Positions 1 through 10,195 of a DNA stretch of 64,000 nucleotides are shown in pieces. How positions within the stretch are numbered: the stretch's first letter is position 1; each line of letters starts with the position of its first letter. Made by a program: the position numbers and the translations under genes. The notes under the pieces were generated by a model, which was given only the letters and a program-made list of their open reading frames with translations, searched no databases and was not told the DNA's origin. The stretch comes from an uncultured Gemmatimonadaceae bacterium. Lineage in GTDB: Bacteria > Gemmatimonadota > Gemmatimonadetes > Gemmatimonadales > Gemmatimonadaceae. The stretch spans positions 960,001 through 1,024,000 of the forward strand of contig CAVUDW010000003.1 in assembly GCA_963740355.1 (NCBI GenBank), read 5' to 3'.

Positions 1-321
1 TGGATCGAAGAACGGCTCCTGACCCGCCGGCGTCGGGAAATCGATGCCCAGCGTCTTGGTGTTGAAGGTGCGGCTGTTCGTCTCGGCGATCCCCGATACC
101 GTCGGCATCAAGTCGGCGCGGCGCTGGTTCACGCGCGCCTCGACCTGTGCGGCGCGCACGGTGCTGGCGATGACCGGAAGGCTGAGTTCACGAGCGCGCT
201 GTGCCGCCTGCGCCATGCTCAGTGGCATGGGAGCCTGCGTGGCCTGCGCCGGCAGTGTGGCTGCGGCGGTGGCGACCAGCAACGCGGTGCGCAGCAGGGT
301 GATGTTAGTTCGCGTGTGCAT
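1..321 (-). CDS. TolC-family outer membrane efflux protein, N-terminal part (runs off the window)
   Basis: Manual translation MHTRTNITLLRTALLVATAAATLPAQ...LSMAQAAQRA...RADLMPTVS shows a signal peptide and an OEP-like start. It overlaps the stop of the TetR gene. Confidence 0.65.
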   Translation of the reverse strand, partial: MHTRTNITLLRTALLVATAAATLPAQATQAPMPLSMAQAAQRARELSLPVIASTVRAAQVEARVNQRRADLMPTVSGIAETNSRTFNTKTLGIDFPTPAGQEPFFDP

Positions 322-1021
322 TGGTCTGCGCGGAGGAATTCGTCGCTGGACGCATCGCAGCGAGAAAGAAATCGAGAACACGGTCGATGATCGCGTCGGC
401 ATCCTGCAGCCGGTTCGCGTTGCAGATCGTTGGGTTGGCGCGCATCAGGGCGTGCTGCACCATCAAGGCATGAAGCATTCGTGCCGAGTCGGGCGCTTGC
501 TCGGTGCCGAAGACACCATCGCGCACGCAGGCGTCGATACAGCCCTGCAACAGGCGCTGCCAGCGCAACGAGACACGCTCGGCGAAGAACTGGTTCAGTT
601 CCGGCAGGCGTGGCAGCACGCTCGTGACGAGGCGATGCATGACCGGGAACTTCTCCTCGGTCACGTAGGACCAGTACGTGCGCACGACGCGATTGAAGTC
701 GGCCAGCGCATCCGGGTCACGTGGCGCGCTCTCGAGTCGATCGAGGCGCACGACGACCGTTCGCCGGATCATCTCGCGAAAGAGCGCTTCCTTGTTCGGG
801 AAGTAGAGATAGATCGTGCCTTTGGCGACGCCGGCGAGACGGGCAATGTCTTCGAGCCGCGTTTCGTCGAGGCCATCGGCCGCGAAGGCCGTAAAGGCGG
901 CATCGATGATCTGCGCTTCGCGCTCTTCGGCCGGCCGCCGAGTGCGGAGCTCCGGCTTGCCGGCTGTCGGCTCGACGGTCGGTTCTACTGGATCAGTTTG
1001 TGTGACTGACGCGTCAGTCAT
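305..1021 (-). CDS. TetR/AcrR family transcriptional regulator
   Basis: HTH motif IIDAAFTAFAADGLDETRLEDIARLAGVAKGTIYLYFPNKEALF; GGAG RBS before ATG 1021. Confidence 0.95.
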   Translation of the reverse strand: MTDASVTQTDPVEPTVEPTAGKPELRTRRPAEEREAQIIDAAFTAFAADGLDETRLEDIARLAGVAKGTIYLYFPNKEALFREMIRRTVVVRLDRLESAPRDPDALADFNRVVRTYWSYVTEEKFPVMHRLVTSVLPRLPELNQFFAERVSLRWQRLLQGCIDACVRDGVFGTEQAPDSARMLHALMVQHALMRANPTICNANRLQDADAIIDRVLDFFLAAMRPATNSSAQTNAHAN

Positions 1022-1089
1022 GAAAGTCTCCAAGAAAATCCGGCGCGTGCCGGGAGCCTTACAATACTGACCAGTCAGTCATTAAGCAA
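1003..1089 (-). promoter_or_regulatory. sigma70-type promoter with two palindromic TetR operator candidates
   Basis: Minus strand TTGCTT (1089-1084), 17-nt spacer, TATTGT (1066-1061). ACTGAC-N2-GTCAGT occurs at 1066-1079 and at 1005-1018. Confidence 0.75.
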
Positions 1090-1199
1090 GACGGCGTCGG
1101 GTACCCGCGGACTGGCGAGGGGCCTGACACGCAGAACCGCCCGCCACCCCTGACTCGGGATGGCGGGCGGCGGGCAAGCAAGCCGGACCTGCGATGGCC

Positions 1200-1685
1200 C
1201 TACTTGTTGCACCCCGTCGTGCGACGGGTATCGGTGAGGGCGATGATCTTCCAGGCCTCGCCGACCTTCGCCACGTGGAAGACATCCACCCCACAGTGAC
1301 TGAGGGTCGTGCCGAGGAAGAAGGAGTAGTCCGTCCAGACCGAGGCGAGCGTCCCGTCGATCAGGACACGCGGATTGTAGATGCGCTCGTCATACACGGC
1401 CGCGTGCGGAGTGCCCATCGCCTTCACGAAGGCATCCACCGGCGTGAACTGGACCCGAGCCACGCCGTCGCGGCCGGTGTCCGAGCTCATCAGCGCGGCC
1501 ATCTGCGGGTGGAAGACCGCCCGCACCCGGGCGCTGTCGCCTGCCCGCATGGCGTCGAACAGCTCCCGGACGACCGCCAGCTGCTGCACCGTCTCCGAGG
1601 CCGGTGCCTGGGCCGCGACCTGCGGCGCGGACAGCACGACGCAGACGCTGAGCGCAGAGAGTGCCGTCAGAAATCGGCGCATCAC
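1200..1685 (-). CDS. Secreted NTF2/SnoaL-like (lumazine-binding-like) protein
   Basis: Signal peptide; LFDAMRAGDS...ASVWTDYSF...HCGVDVFH...WKII pattern. Confidence 0.8.
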   Translation of the reverse strand: MMRRFLTALSALSVCVVLSAPQVAAQAPASETVQQLAVVRELFDAMRAGDSARVRAVFHPQMAALMSSDTGRDGVARVQFTPVDAFVKAMGTPHAAVYDERIYNPRVLIDGTLASVWTDYSFFLGTTLSHCGVDVFHVAKVGEAWKIIALTDTRRTTGCNK

Positions 1686-4600
1686 TTGTCACCGCCCGAG
1701 GCCTTGATCCCTGCCGCAGGTGACATCGGTTCGAGATTCTGCCACGGCTGTGCCGGCAGCGTCCGCGCCATCGGCCAGACCTCGTTCAGGGAGCTCGCCT
1801 CGTACAGGCGGCCGCCCTTCATCACGTAGCGCAGCGAGTTGGTATTGCGAATGTTGGTCAGCGGATCGGCGTCCATCACCAGCATGTCAGCCAGCTTGCC
1901 GACTTCGAGTGACCCGACGTCCTGTGCCAGGCCGATCGCTTCCGCACCATAGATCGTGGCCACTCGCAGCATGTCGTACGGCTTGATGCCGCCGCTCGCC
2001 ATTGCCCACATCTCCCAATGGAAGCCAAGGCCCTGCAACTGACCGTGTGAGCCGACGCCGATGCGTGCTCCACCATCGATCATGCGCCGCACGAAGTCAG
2101 CGTGACGCGGGAAGACGTATTCGTCCTCGCGGAACCAGCCGCCGGGGCCAGGACCCGATCCAAGCCCAACGCGACGCGACTTCGAATCGATCACCGCCAT
2201 CGGCATGAAGTGGGTCAGCTTCTTGTCGGTCTGGATGTCCTCGTGCGTGTAGTAGAAGTTCTCGCCCCACGGGCCACCGTAGCTCACCAGAAGCGTCGGT
2301 GAGTTGGTGGTGCCGCCCGCCTTGAACAGCTCGACCACGTCGCCGAACATCGGTGCGATCGGCAGTGCGTGCTCCACGCCGGGATAACCATCCAGCACGT
2401 GCGTGATGTCGAGCTTGTAGTCCAATCCACCTTCGGTGGTCGGCATGATGCCAAGCTCGCGCGCTGCCATGATCACCCACTGGCGCTGCTGACGATTGCC
2501 GGTCATGTACATCTTCAAGGTCTTCGTGTCGTAGTACTGCGCATAACGCTTGAGGATCGATCGCGCCTGATCGAGGTCCTTGATCTGTTCGGCGTTGAAC
2601 ACCCCGGGCCCAGTGGAATAGATGCGCGGCCCGATCATTCCACCGCTTTCCACGCGATCGGTGTACGTCAGCACATCGGTCGTGCTGGTCTGCGGGTCGC
2701 GCGTGGTGGTGACACCGTAGGCCAGCGTGGTGAGATACTGCCACACCTGCGACGTGTGAATGTCCTCCTGCAACCACTGTGCGTGATAGTGTGTATCGAC
2801 GAAGCCGGGGGTGATGGTCTTCCCCGCCACATCGATGATCTTCGCACCATCCGGCACCGTCACCGAGCCACGACGCCCGATTGCCACGATGCGACGATCC
2901 GTCACCACGATGTCGGCGTCCTCGATGATCTCCTGCCCCTTCATCGTCAGGGCGCGCCCACCGCGCAGCACGATCGTTCCAGTGGCGCGATCGCGAGGCA
3001 CCGTCACCGCAATGCGTGTCTCGACCGGCTTGTACCCGGGCTTGGCGGAATCCCCAGCGGCCTTCTTCACTGAATCGGCAACCGCCAGCGCCTTCTTCGC
3101 GCTATCGCTGAGCGACGCCCGCGTGCGTGCCACGGCCTTCAGCGAGTCATCCACCGTCTTCGCGCGATCGAGATCGTACACGAAGTAGGAGTTGGCGAGG
3201 GAATAGTGCACCCGGCGCCCGTCGCTGCTCCACGTCGCGAACTCACCGGCGACATCCGTCAGGCGACGCGCGGGGAAGCTGGCATTTGCCGGCATCGCGA
3301 TGTTGATCGTCGGCACCTGACCCGAGACCGGCGGCACCGTCACGACGTAGAGATCGTGCCCAACTTCCGCCACCGCCTGGTCACCTGTGGGTGCCATGCG
3401 AATGGAGTTGGCTGGCAACGGCATCGGCTGCCCCTCGAGCGCCAGCGACTGGTCGAGATCTGTGTGCATCACGTTCTCGCGGCTGAAGATCCGCGGGCCA
3501 CGCTGCGTCTCGGGAATGTTCGCCGATGACAATGTCGGACCGACGACCTTCACGATCGCCTTCTCGTCGGTGTTGTCCCACCGGAAGCTCACCAGCCCCT
3601 TCGCCTGCGAGAATGCGAACAGCCGCGACGAGTCGCGTGTGAAATGCAGGCCGCTGCGCCCATTCGCGGCGCCGATGGTCACCATGGCTCCACCGTCCGC
3701 CGGCACCCACACGAGCTGCTCGTCGAAGACACCGCCGCCGCCCGTGCCAAGAATCACCAGGTCGCGCGCATTCAGCATCACCGACGCGATGCGCTTCCCC
3801 GTTGGATCGAATGCGAGGTCACGGTAGATCGCCGGCAACGTCGTCAACTTCTTCGGTGCGGCCTTCGTATCCACGCGCACCGTGTAAATGTGTCCGCCTT
3901 CGCCATCCTTGAACGTCGAGAAGGCGATGGTGCGACTGTCGGGGCTCCACGTCGGCATCTGTTCACCGACATCCATCGTCGTCAGGCGACGCGGCGCGCC
4001 ACGTGGCAGGTCCATCACGTACAAACGATCGACGGCCGTGAAGGCGAGCTTCGTGCCGTCGGGCGATGGCGTTGCGTTACGAATCTGCCGCGCCGTGAAC
4101 GTCGCGCTGTCATTCACTCGCCACGCGAACTTCACCTCAGGGCCGATCGCCACCTCGGCATCGACCGAGAACGGGATCTTCGCCGGCGCGCTGCCATCCA
4201 CTGGCACACGCCAGATCTCGCCACCATAACTCACCACGATCGACTTGCTGTCGGGCATGAAGCTGTAGCCGGGCAGGACGTCGAGCGGCGCGCGTGACTC
4301 CTGATCATCGCGCTGCACCGGATACGCCAGCCAGCGCTCATCCCCGCTCTGCAAGTCGCGAATCCGCAGCCCCGTCTCGACACCGCTGCGCGTACCGTAC
4401 ACGAGATACTTGCCATCGGGCGACAGTGCCGGCCGGAACGCCGAGCCATAACGCGCCGACACCACGCGACGCTCGCCAGTTTCGCGATCGTACACGTTCA
4501 GCTGGTACTGCGGCAGCAACGCATTGTAGGTCCAGTCGCCGGTGCGCGAGGCGAACCAGATCTGCTTGCCATCCGCCGAGAATGCCGCACCGAGCGTCTT

Positions 4601-5224
4601 GATGGTGGTGGGCTGCGAGATCAGCTGGATGCCGCTGCCACCATCGACATGCCACATCCACAACTTCGCGGCGCCACCGAGCGGGCCACCGCTGCGCGAT
4701 GCCACGATGTACCTGCCGTCGGGCGTCCACTCGGGCGACAGCATCAAGGCGTCATTGCCCTTCGTAACCTGCGTTGAATCCTTGCCGTCGATGGTCTGGA
4801 TCCAGACGTTGTCGCCGCCACTGCGATCGGAGATGAAGACGATGCGCTTCCCGTCGGGGCTGTAGCGTGGCTGTGCATCGAATGCGTTGCCGCTCGTGAA
4901 TCGCGTCGCGGTGCCACCGGTGATTGGCACGGTGTAGAGATCACCAAGCAGGTCGAACACGATCGTCTGCCCGTCGGGACTGACGTCGAGCGACATCCAG
5001 GTCGCCTTCGAGGTCGTGAACCGCGCCGACCGGGTGGCAACCAGCGGCAGGTCCCGCTTTGGCGCGGCACCGGGCTTGGCGGCCGAATCAGGCTTCGGCG
5101 TCGGCTGGGCCACGGCGGTCGCCGGCAGCGCGACCGACAACAGCATCGAGAGCGGCACGACGACCGCGGTGAGCGCGAGGTGCACCGGGTGGCGGAGCAG
5201 GTATCGCATCGAACGAGCAATCAT
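1682..5224 (-). CDS. Secreted amidohydrolase with N-terminal PD40/TolB-like beta-propellers
   Basis: Repeated SPDG motifs; PGFVDTHYH metal-binding motif; GSLEVGKLADMLVMDADPL at the C-terminus. Confidence 0.9.
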   Translation of the reverse strand: MIARSMRYLLRHPVHLALTAVVVPLSMLLSVALPATAVAQPTPKPDSAAKPGAAPKRDLPLVATRSARFTTSKATWMSLDVSPDGQTIVFDLLGDLYTVPITGGTATRFTSGNAFDAQPRYSPDGKRIVFISDRSGGDNVWIQTIDGKDSTQVTKGNDALMLSPEWTPDGRYIVASRSGGPLGGAAKLWMWHVDGGSGIQLISQPTTIKTLGAAFSADGKQIWFASRTGDWTYNALLPQYQLNVYDRETGERRVVSARYGSAFRPALSPDGKYLVYGTRSGVETGLRIRDLQSGDERWLAYPVQRDDQESRAPLDVLPGYSFMPDSKSIVVSYGGEIWRVPVDGSAPAKIPFSVDAEVAIGPEVKFAWRVNDSATFTARQIRNATPSPDGTKLAFTAVDRLYVMDLPRGAPRRLTTMDVGEQMPTWSPDSRTIAFSTFKDGEGGHIYTVRVDTKAAPKKLTTLPAIYRDLAFDPTGKRIASVMLNARDLVILGTGGGGVFDEQLVWVPADGGAMVTIGAANGRSGLHFTRDSSRLFAFSQAKGLVSFRWDNTDEKAIVKVVGPTLSSANIPETQRGPRIFSRENVMHTDLDQSLALEGQPMPLPANSIRMAPTGDQAVAEVGHDLYVVTVPPVSGQVPTINIAMPANASFPARRLTDVAGEFATWSSDGRRVHYSLANSYFVYDLDRAKTVDDSLKAVARTRASLSDSAKKALAVADSVKKAAGDSAKPGYKPVETRIAVTVPRDRATGTIVLRGGRALTMKGQEIIEDADIVVTDRRIVAIGRRGSVTVPDGAKIIDVAGKTITPGFVDTHYHAQWLQEDIHTSQVWQYLTTLAYGVTTTRDPQTSTTDVLTYTDRVESGGMIGPRIYSTGPGVFNAEQIKDLDQARSILKRYAQYYDTKTLKMYMTGNRQQRQWVIMAARELGIMPTTEGGLDYKLDITHVLDGYPGVEHALPIAPMFGDVVELFKAGGTTNSPTLLVSYGGPWGENFYYTHEDIQTDKKLTHFMPMAVIDSKSRRVGLGSGPGPGGWFREDEYVFPRHADFVRRMIDGGARIGVGSHGQLQGLGFHWEMWAMASGGIKPYDMLRVATIYGAEAIGLAQDVGSLEVGKLADMLVMDADPLTNIRNTNSLRYVMKGGRLYEASSLNEVWPMARTLPAQPWQNLEPMSPAAGIKASGGDK

Positions 5225-5306
5225 CGAGCAACTCTCCCTGAAAAAGAAAGCATCGGTGCGCGCCAATGGCGCACCGATGCGTGAGACAACCGAAACAAGC
5301 GAAGGG

Positions 5307-6029
5307 TTACCGCGGTGTGTACTTGCCGGCGACCTTCGCGGTTTCCGTCCCGACGCTCATCGTACCGGCCACCGCCGTGCCGGTCACCGTCAGCGTGAGC
5401 TTGTAGGCGCCGAGCGGCGTGTCACCAGAAATCACGATCACGTTGCCCGCGACGCTGCCAGTGCCGATCTCCACGTCACCGCGCTCCGGGTTGGAACAGG
5501 TGCCGCCAATGGCGCCAGCAGCATTCTTCGTCACGAGGCAGTTCACGACGAAGTTCGCGTCGCCAAGCAGCGGCTCGGACGATTTCAGCTCGTAGACGCC
5601 GACACCACTGATGGCGCCCATCGACGCCGGTGCCGACGCGCCAGCGCCTGCGGGCGCGAAGGTGCCGTCGAGCGTCATTTCCGCGCCCTGATAGACCACG
5701 GTGCCCGACACCTTGTCGCCCGACCCGAACTTCATCGCCACGGCCACGCCGCCATCCGGCGTGTCGACCTGGATGTTGACGCCAGCATCCGACGGCGTGA
5801 CCGTCGTCACTGCCATGGTCGGGAATCCATCGGCCGAGAGCGTGCCGGCGAATGCGCTTCCCTCCTTCTTCAGGACGATCACAGCCTTCACGGGCCCCTG
5901 TGGGCTGGTGATGGTCGTGTTGTAGGTGCCGGTCACGTTTCGGGCCTGTGCTGCGGCAGCACGTGGGGCACTCGCGAACGCAGCAAGCGCAACAGCGCTG
6001 AGGACGGCACGACGAAGGAGAACCTGCAT
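5307..6029 (-). CDS. Secreted hypothetical protein with two beta-rich domains
   Basis: Signal peptide MQVLLRRAVLSAVALAAFA; GC3-rich codons. Confidence 0.75.
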   Translation of the reverse strand: MQVLLRRAVLSAVALAAFASAPRAAAAQARNVTGTYNTTITSPQGPVKAVIVLKKEGSAFAGTLSADGFPTMAVTTVTPSDAGVNIQVDTPDGGVAVAMKFGSGDKVSGTVVYQGAEMTLDGTFAPAGAGASAPASMGAISGVGVYELKSSEPLLGDANFVVNCLVTKNAAGAIGGTCSNPERGDVEIGTGSVAGNVIVISGDTPLGAYKLTLTVTGTAVAGTMSVGTETAKVAGKYTPR

Positions 6030-6255
6030 GGCAAAATCCCTGGCTGGATGAAACGGCGCTGGACGAGGGGAACCGGCTCTCGGCTCCCGCAGCACCAAAT
6101 CCTCACTGGCGACCGCGACGGACACAAGCAGCCCAGACCGGGATCGTTGCACCACGCTGGCCGCTCCGTGACCGAAGCGGCACACGCCGGTCACCCACCC
6201 TCTACCTGGGTGCGGGTTATTGCGCCTGTAGCAAACCTCCACCCAGGGGACGGCG

Positions 6256-7137
6256 ATGCAGCAACGCACTCAACAGCCAGCGACCACACCGGCAGCCCGC
6301 CGCGTGGTGGTGCTCGTACTCGACGGACTCCGAGCGGATCTGGTCGGAGATCCCCGTTTCCCGAACCTCAGCGCGCTTCGCGACGCGAGCGCGCACACGC
6401 TCGACGCCACCACGGTGCTGCCCAGCGTGACCGCTGCGGCGATGACATCGCTGCTGTCCGGCGTGGGGCCGGCCGAGCATGGCGTGGACAATGATCGCTT
6501 TCGAGTGCCAACACCGACGCGCGCGCTGACCACCGTGCCACATGTCGTCACCGAAGCAGGGCTGCCTAGCGTCGGCGTCGTCAGGCACGTCCCGTGGTTC
6601 ATCCGGCCATTGGCCAAGCGGATCGTCAGCGCACTGGGTTTGACGGAGACGCTCTTCGCCAGCGCGAATGCCCATTCGCTGCTCGCGGCCGCGCTACCCG
6701 CGCTCCGACGCCAGCGCGAGGGATTCATCATCCTCCACTGGCCGGACTGTGACGCGATCGGCCATCGCACAGGCTGGATGTCACCGGCGTACCTCGCTGC
6801 CGTCGCGCGCATGGACCACGCACTCGGCAGCCTCCGCGCGGAGTTGAGCGCGACGCGCCATGACACACTGCTCATCGCCCTCGCTGATCATGGCGGCGGC
6901 GGCCGCGTGGCCACGCATCACGACAGCGCGCATCCGCTCGACTGCACGATCCCGATCTTCCTCGAAGGTGCCGGGGTGCACGTGCAGGAGTTGGGGACCG
7001 ATCTGTCGATCCTCGACGTGCCAGCCACGGTGTTGTGGGCGCTCGGCTTGCCGATCCCATCGCGCTACGCGGGCACCCCGATTTTCGACGCCTTCGTTGC
7101 GCCGGCACGTCTCAACAGCACCGCGACGGCCGCATGA
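6256..7137 (+). CDS. Alkaline phosphatase superfamily / type I phosphodiesterase
   Basis: Motifs VLDGLRAD, PSVT (Thr nucleophile), DAIGH, ADHGG. Confidence 0.9.
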   Translation: MQQRTQQPATTPAARRVVVLVLDGLRADLVGDPRFPNLSALRDASAHTLDATTVLPSVTAAAMTSLLSGVGPAEHGVDNDRFRVPTPTRALTTVPHVVTEAGLPSVGVVRHVPWFIRPLAKRIVSALGLTETLFASANAHSLLAAALPALRRQREGFIILHWPDCDAIGHRTGWMSPAYLAAVARMDHALGSLRAELSATRHDTLLIALADHGGGGRVATHHDSAHPLDCTIPIFLEGAGVHVQELGTDLSILDVPATVLWALGLPIPSRYAGTPIFDAFVAPARLNSTATAA

Positions 7138-8285
7138 CGTCAGTGCTGATTGCATTCTCCGATACCGGAGGGGGACATCGCGCCGCGTCACGAGCGCTGC
7201 GTGAAGCGCTGGCTGAACTTGCGCCGGACGTTGCGGTGCACCTCGTCGATCCATTCTCACTCTGCCCGCGGTGGCCGTTTCGCAGCCTTGGCGACAACTA
7301 CCCCCGCGTGATCGAGCATGCGCCGTGGCTCTGGCGCGCTGGATTCGGGCTCACCAACACTCCGCGTCGAACCGCGTTCGTCCAGGATGTAGCGTGGCCT
7401 GCGATGCGCCCGACGTTCCGCGCCATTGCGACGAACCACGCGCCTGATGTGATCGTCTCTACACACCCGTTGCTCACGGCACCGCTGCGTCGCGTCTTTC
7501 CGGACACGCCGATCGTCGTCGTGGTGACGGATCTCGTCTCGGGGCATGTGTCGTGGTACAACGCCGACGCCGACGTCACGATCGTCCCGACCGCACATGC
7601 CCGTGATCGCGCAGTGGAGTGTGGTGTGCGGCGCGAAACGACTCGCGTCCTCGGCGTTCCTGTCTCGCAGCCGTTCGTGGCGGTTCCCGGGGAACGCACC
7701 GCGCTGCAGTCAGCGCTTGGCTGGGCCACCAACAAGCCCACCATCTTGCTGGCGGGTGGCGCGGAAGGCATTGGACCGCTCGAGCAGCTGAGCGTCGCGA
7801 TCGACCGTGCTCACCTGCCCTGTGACGTCGCCGTCGTCGCGGGTCGCAACATGCGTCTCGCCGAGCAACTGCGCGCGAGGCGCTGGCAGGGCACGGTGCA
7901 CATCTACGACTTCGTCTCGAACTTTGCGGAGTTGATGCGCGCCGCATCAGTGCTGGTGACGAAGGCGGGGCCAGGCACGATCAGCGAAGCCTGCGCCAGC
8001 GGGTGCCCGCTCATCCTGTCCGGTGCGATCCCCGGTCAGGAAACCGGTAACATCGACTTCGTGACGCATGGTCGCGCCGGCGTCTGGGCGCCCTCACCAC
8101 TGGCAGTGACCGCAGCGCTGCACGCCTGGCTGGTAGGTCGCGATGCCCCCGCCGCCCTCCGTCGCGCCTCCGCCGCTGCCCTGCGCCTCGCTCGACCGAA
8201 CGCGGCGAGGGAGATTGCGTCGCTGGTGCTCTGTGCTTCTCGTCCCTCGCTCGCCTCAGCGGACGTACGAACCGTCGCAGCCTGA
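7134..8285 (+). CDS. MGDG synthase / UgtP-like GT28 glycosyltransferase
   Basis: Motifs DTGGGHRAA, STHP, VTD, TKAGPGTISEA, PGQETGN; ATGA overlap with the upstream gene. Confidence 0.9.
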   Translation: MTSVLIAFSDTGGGHRAASRALREALAELAPDVAVHLVDPFSLCPRWPFRSLGDNYPRVIEHAPWLWRAGFGLTNTPRRTAFVQDVAWPAMRPTFRAIATNHAPDVIVSTHPLLTAPLRRVFPDTPIVVVVTDLVSGHVSWYNADADVTIVPTAHARDRAVECGVRRETTRVLGVPVSQPFVAVPGERTALQSALGWATNKPTILLAGGAEGIGPLEQLSVAIDRAHLPCDVAVVAGRNMRLAEQLRARRWQGTVHIYDFVSNFAELMRAASVLVTKAGPGTISEACASGCPLILSGAIPGQETGNIDFVTHGRAGVWAPSPLAVTAALHAWLVGRDAPAALRRASAAALRLARPNAAREIASLVLCASRPSLASADVRTVAA

Positions 8286-8332
8286 CGCCTCTCTTCGCGT
8301 TCTCGAGCCGTCGTACTGCATTGACGTTTCGC

Positions 8333-8537
8333 AACTGCAATGGGGGGGGAGGCCACGGAGCTCACGGAGTGCGTCGGTAGCAGCCAATGATGCAGCGCGA
8401 CTATCGGAGACTTGAAGGTGCGCGAACGCCGGAACTCTCCGTGTGCGCGGCACACCAAAATCAACACGTTGCGCTGCGGCGACCGATGCGATCAGAGCAC
8501 TCCGTGAGCTCCGTGGCCTCCCCCTCACATAGCAGTT
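8333..8537. repeat. Long inverted-repeat element (REP-doublet/MITE-like) between convergent genes
   Basis: Perfect 28-bp IR at 8345-8372 and 8497-8524 (GGGGGAGGCCACGGAGCTCACGGAGTGC), extending imperfectly to about 40 bp. Confidence 0.85.
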
Positions 8538-8592
8538 AACGATCGCCGCGTAACAAGGAAGCTCCGCTCAACCCGAGAGCGTGCACTCGATC

Positions 8593-9189
8593 TCACTTCA
8601 TCGACGCGCAGGTCGCGTCGGCGGGATCGGCGGCGCCGTAGGTCCTTCTCGTCAACTGCACGATGCCGTTGGTGCCGCGCAGCATGTAGAACTGGCTGTA
8701 CTGCGAATCACACAACGCTGGTGTGGCGCCGCCACCGAGCGCCTCGACGATCGACGTCACGGTGTTGCTGTGCCCGACGACCAGCACACCGGTGTGGCCG
8801 GCAGTCTGCGAGATCGCACGCACCGTATCGGCGACGTCCTTCACGTGCGCTGCCACGCCTGCTGAACCGATCGGCACGACGTGCACGGCGGCGCCGGTCC
8901 GAGTGATGAACACCGACGCCGTCAATCGGGTGCGCTGCAATTGGCTCACCACCACATCGGTGATCGGCAATCCACGCAACGACGCGTCGAGAGCAGCCGC
9001 GCGCGCCATGCCAGCGTCACTGAGCACCGGATCATTCGCCGGTGCGGGCGCTTTTTCACCATGCCGCACCAGCACGACCAGCAGCGGCGCGCCACCACCC
9101 GGGCGCACCGCGGCACTCGACGTCGCGGTGGATGATCGGGCGCAGGCACCCAGCACCAACAAAAGTCCAAGCGTTCGCAGCACACTCAT
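8593..9189 (-). CDS. Histidine phosphatase family lipoprotein
   Basis: Lipobox LGAC; VRHGEK, SQLQRTRLTA and VVGHSNT motifs. Confidence 0.85.
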   Translation of the reverse strand: MSVLRTLGLLLVLGACARSSTATSSAAVRPGGGAPLLVVLVRHGEKAPAPANDPVLSDAGMARAAALDASLRGLPITDVVVSQLQRTRLTASVFITRTGAAVHVVPIGSAGVAAHVKDVADTVRAISQTAGHTGVLVVGHSNTVTSIVEALGGGATPALCDSQYSQFYMLRGTNGIVQLTRRTYGAADPADATCASMK

Positions 9190-9632
9190 GGCAGAATCCT
9201 CGCGCGCCAGTCGGGGGGCCAGAGCTGACACGCATCCACTCGGCCGAAGAGTTGGAACCGCCGCTTGGCAAACGCCTTGTAGGCGGCGTCCCGAATCCAC
9301 CGCGGCACGATCAGACCGGCCATGCCCAGCACGGCCCACACCCCGCCGAGTAGCCGCAACACACTCAGCGCGGCATCGGAGAGGATCTGCACCGAAGCCG
9401 GCCGCTCTGCCGTGGCGGGGAGGTAGAGCACGGTCGAGTCGACGTTCACCAGCATCGACGCAAACGGCGCGAGCGCCCGTTGCGCGGTGGCGCCGGTGAG
9501 CGTGGCCGCGTACAACCGGCCATGCACATCGCGCGACATCGCGAACCGGATGGCGCGATCGCAGAATCCACATTCCCCGTCGAAGAAAAGAATCGGCGCG
9601 GTGCCTTCGACGGACTGCGTCGCGGCGGTCAT
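9186..9632 (-). CDS. DCC1-like thiol-disulfide oxidoreductase (DUF393)
   Basis: FFDGECGFC (DxxCxxC) motif; RDAAY...KRRFQLFG. Confidence 0.9.
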   Translation of the reverse strand: MTAATQSVEGTAPILFFDGECGFCDRAIRFAMSRDVHGRLYAATLTGATAQRALAPFASMLVNVDSTVLYLPATAERPASVQILSDAALSVLRLLGGVWAVLGMAGLIVPRWIRDAAYKAFAKRRFQLFGRVDACQLWPPDWRARILP

Positions 9633-9649
9633 CGGTGATGCGGCCGAAC

Positions 9650-10195
9650 TCACCAACCCATCCGGGTCCGAAGCGACGTGATGTGCGCCACATGGTGGCG
9701 ACCATGCCAGGCATACCGCAGCAGCGACATGTCCACACGCTGCGGGCCGAGCTCAGGGTGTACGAACGGCCGTGCAAACTGGTCGTCGTCCAAGCCGCGC
9801 AGGCAGGCCACCCACCGCGCGTGGATTCCATCCAGCAGTGACAGGCTGACATCGATCGGCACGGCAGCCACGTCGGGAAGCAGCGACCACGCCGCCTCGT
9901 CGTACGGGCGGATGGTGGGGCTCTCCTCGGTCAGCGCGAACTTCACGCGCACATACGCGTGCATGTGGCTGTCGGGCACGTGGTGCACCACCTGCCGCAC
10001 CGTCCAACCACCGTCGCGATACGGCGTCTCGAGCTGCGCCGCCGACAGTCCCTCGACCGCGTGTCGCATCGCCGTCGGCAAGACCGCGATCTCATCGATC
10101 GCGTGGTTGCGCAGCGCTGCGGTGACGATCGCGGGCTCCGTGAATCGGCCCACCGGATATTGCAACGACGTCTCGGTCATCATGTCACTGGTCAT
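9650..10195 (-). CDS. YfiT/BstA-family (DinB fold) bacillithiol transferase-like protein
   Basis: LQYPVG, TPYRDGGWTVRQVVHHVPDSH, YAWHGRHHVAHI. Confidence 0.9.
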   Translation of the reverse strand: MTSDMMTETSLQYPVGRFTEPAIVTAALRNHAIDEIAVLPTAMRHAVEGLSAAQLETPYRDGGWTVRQVVHHVPDSHMHAYVRVKFALTEESPTIRPYDEAAWSLLPDVAAVPIDVSLSLLDGIHARWVACLRGLDDDQFARPFVHPELGPQRVDMSLLRYAWHGRHHVAHITSLRTRMGW

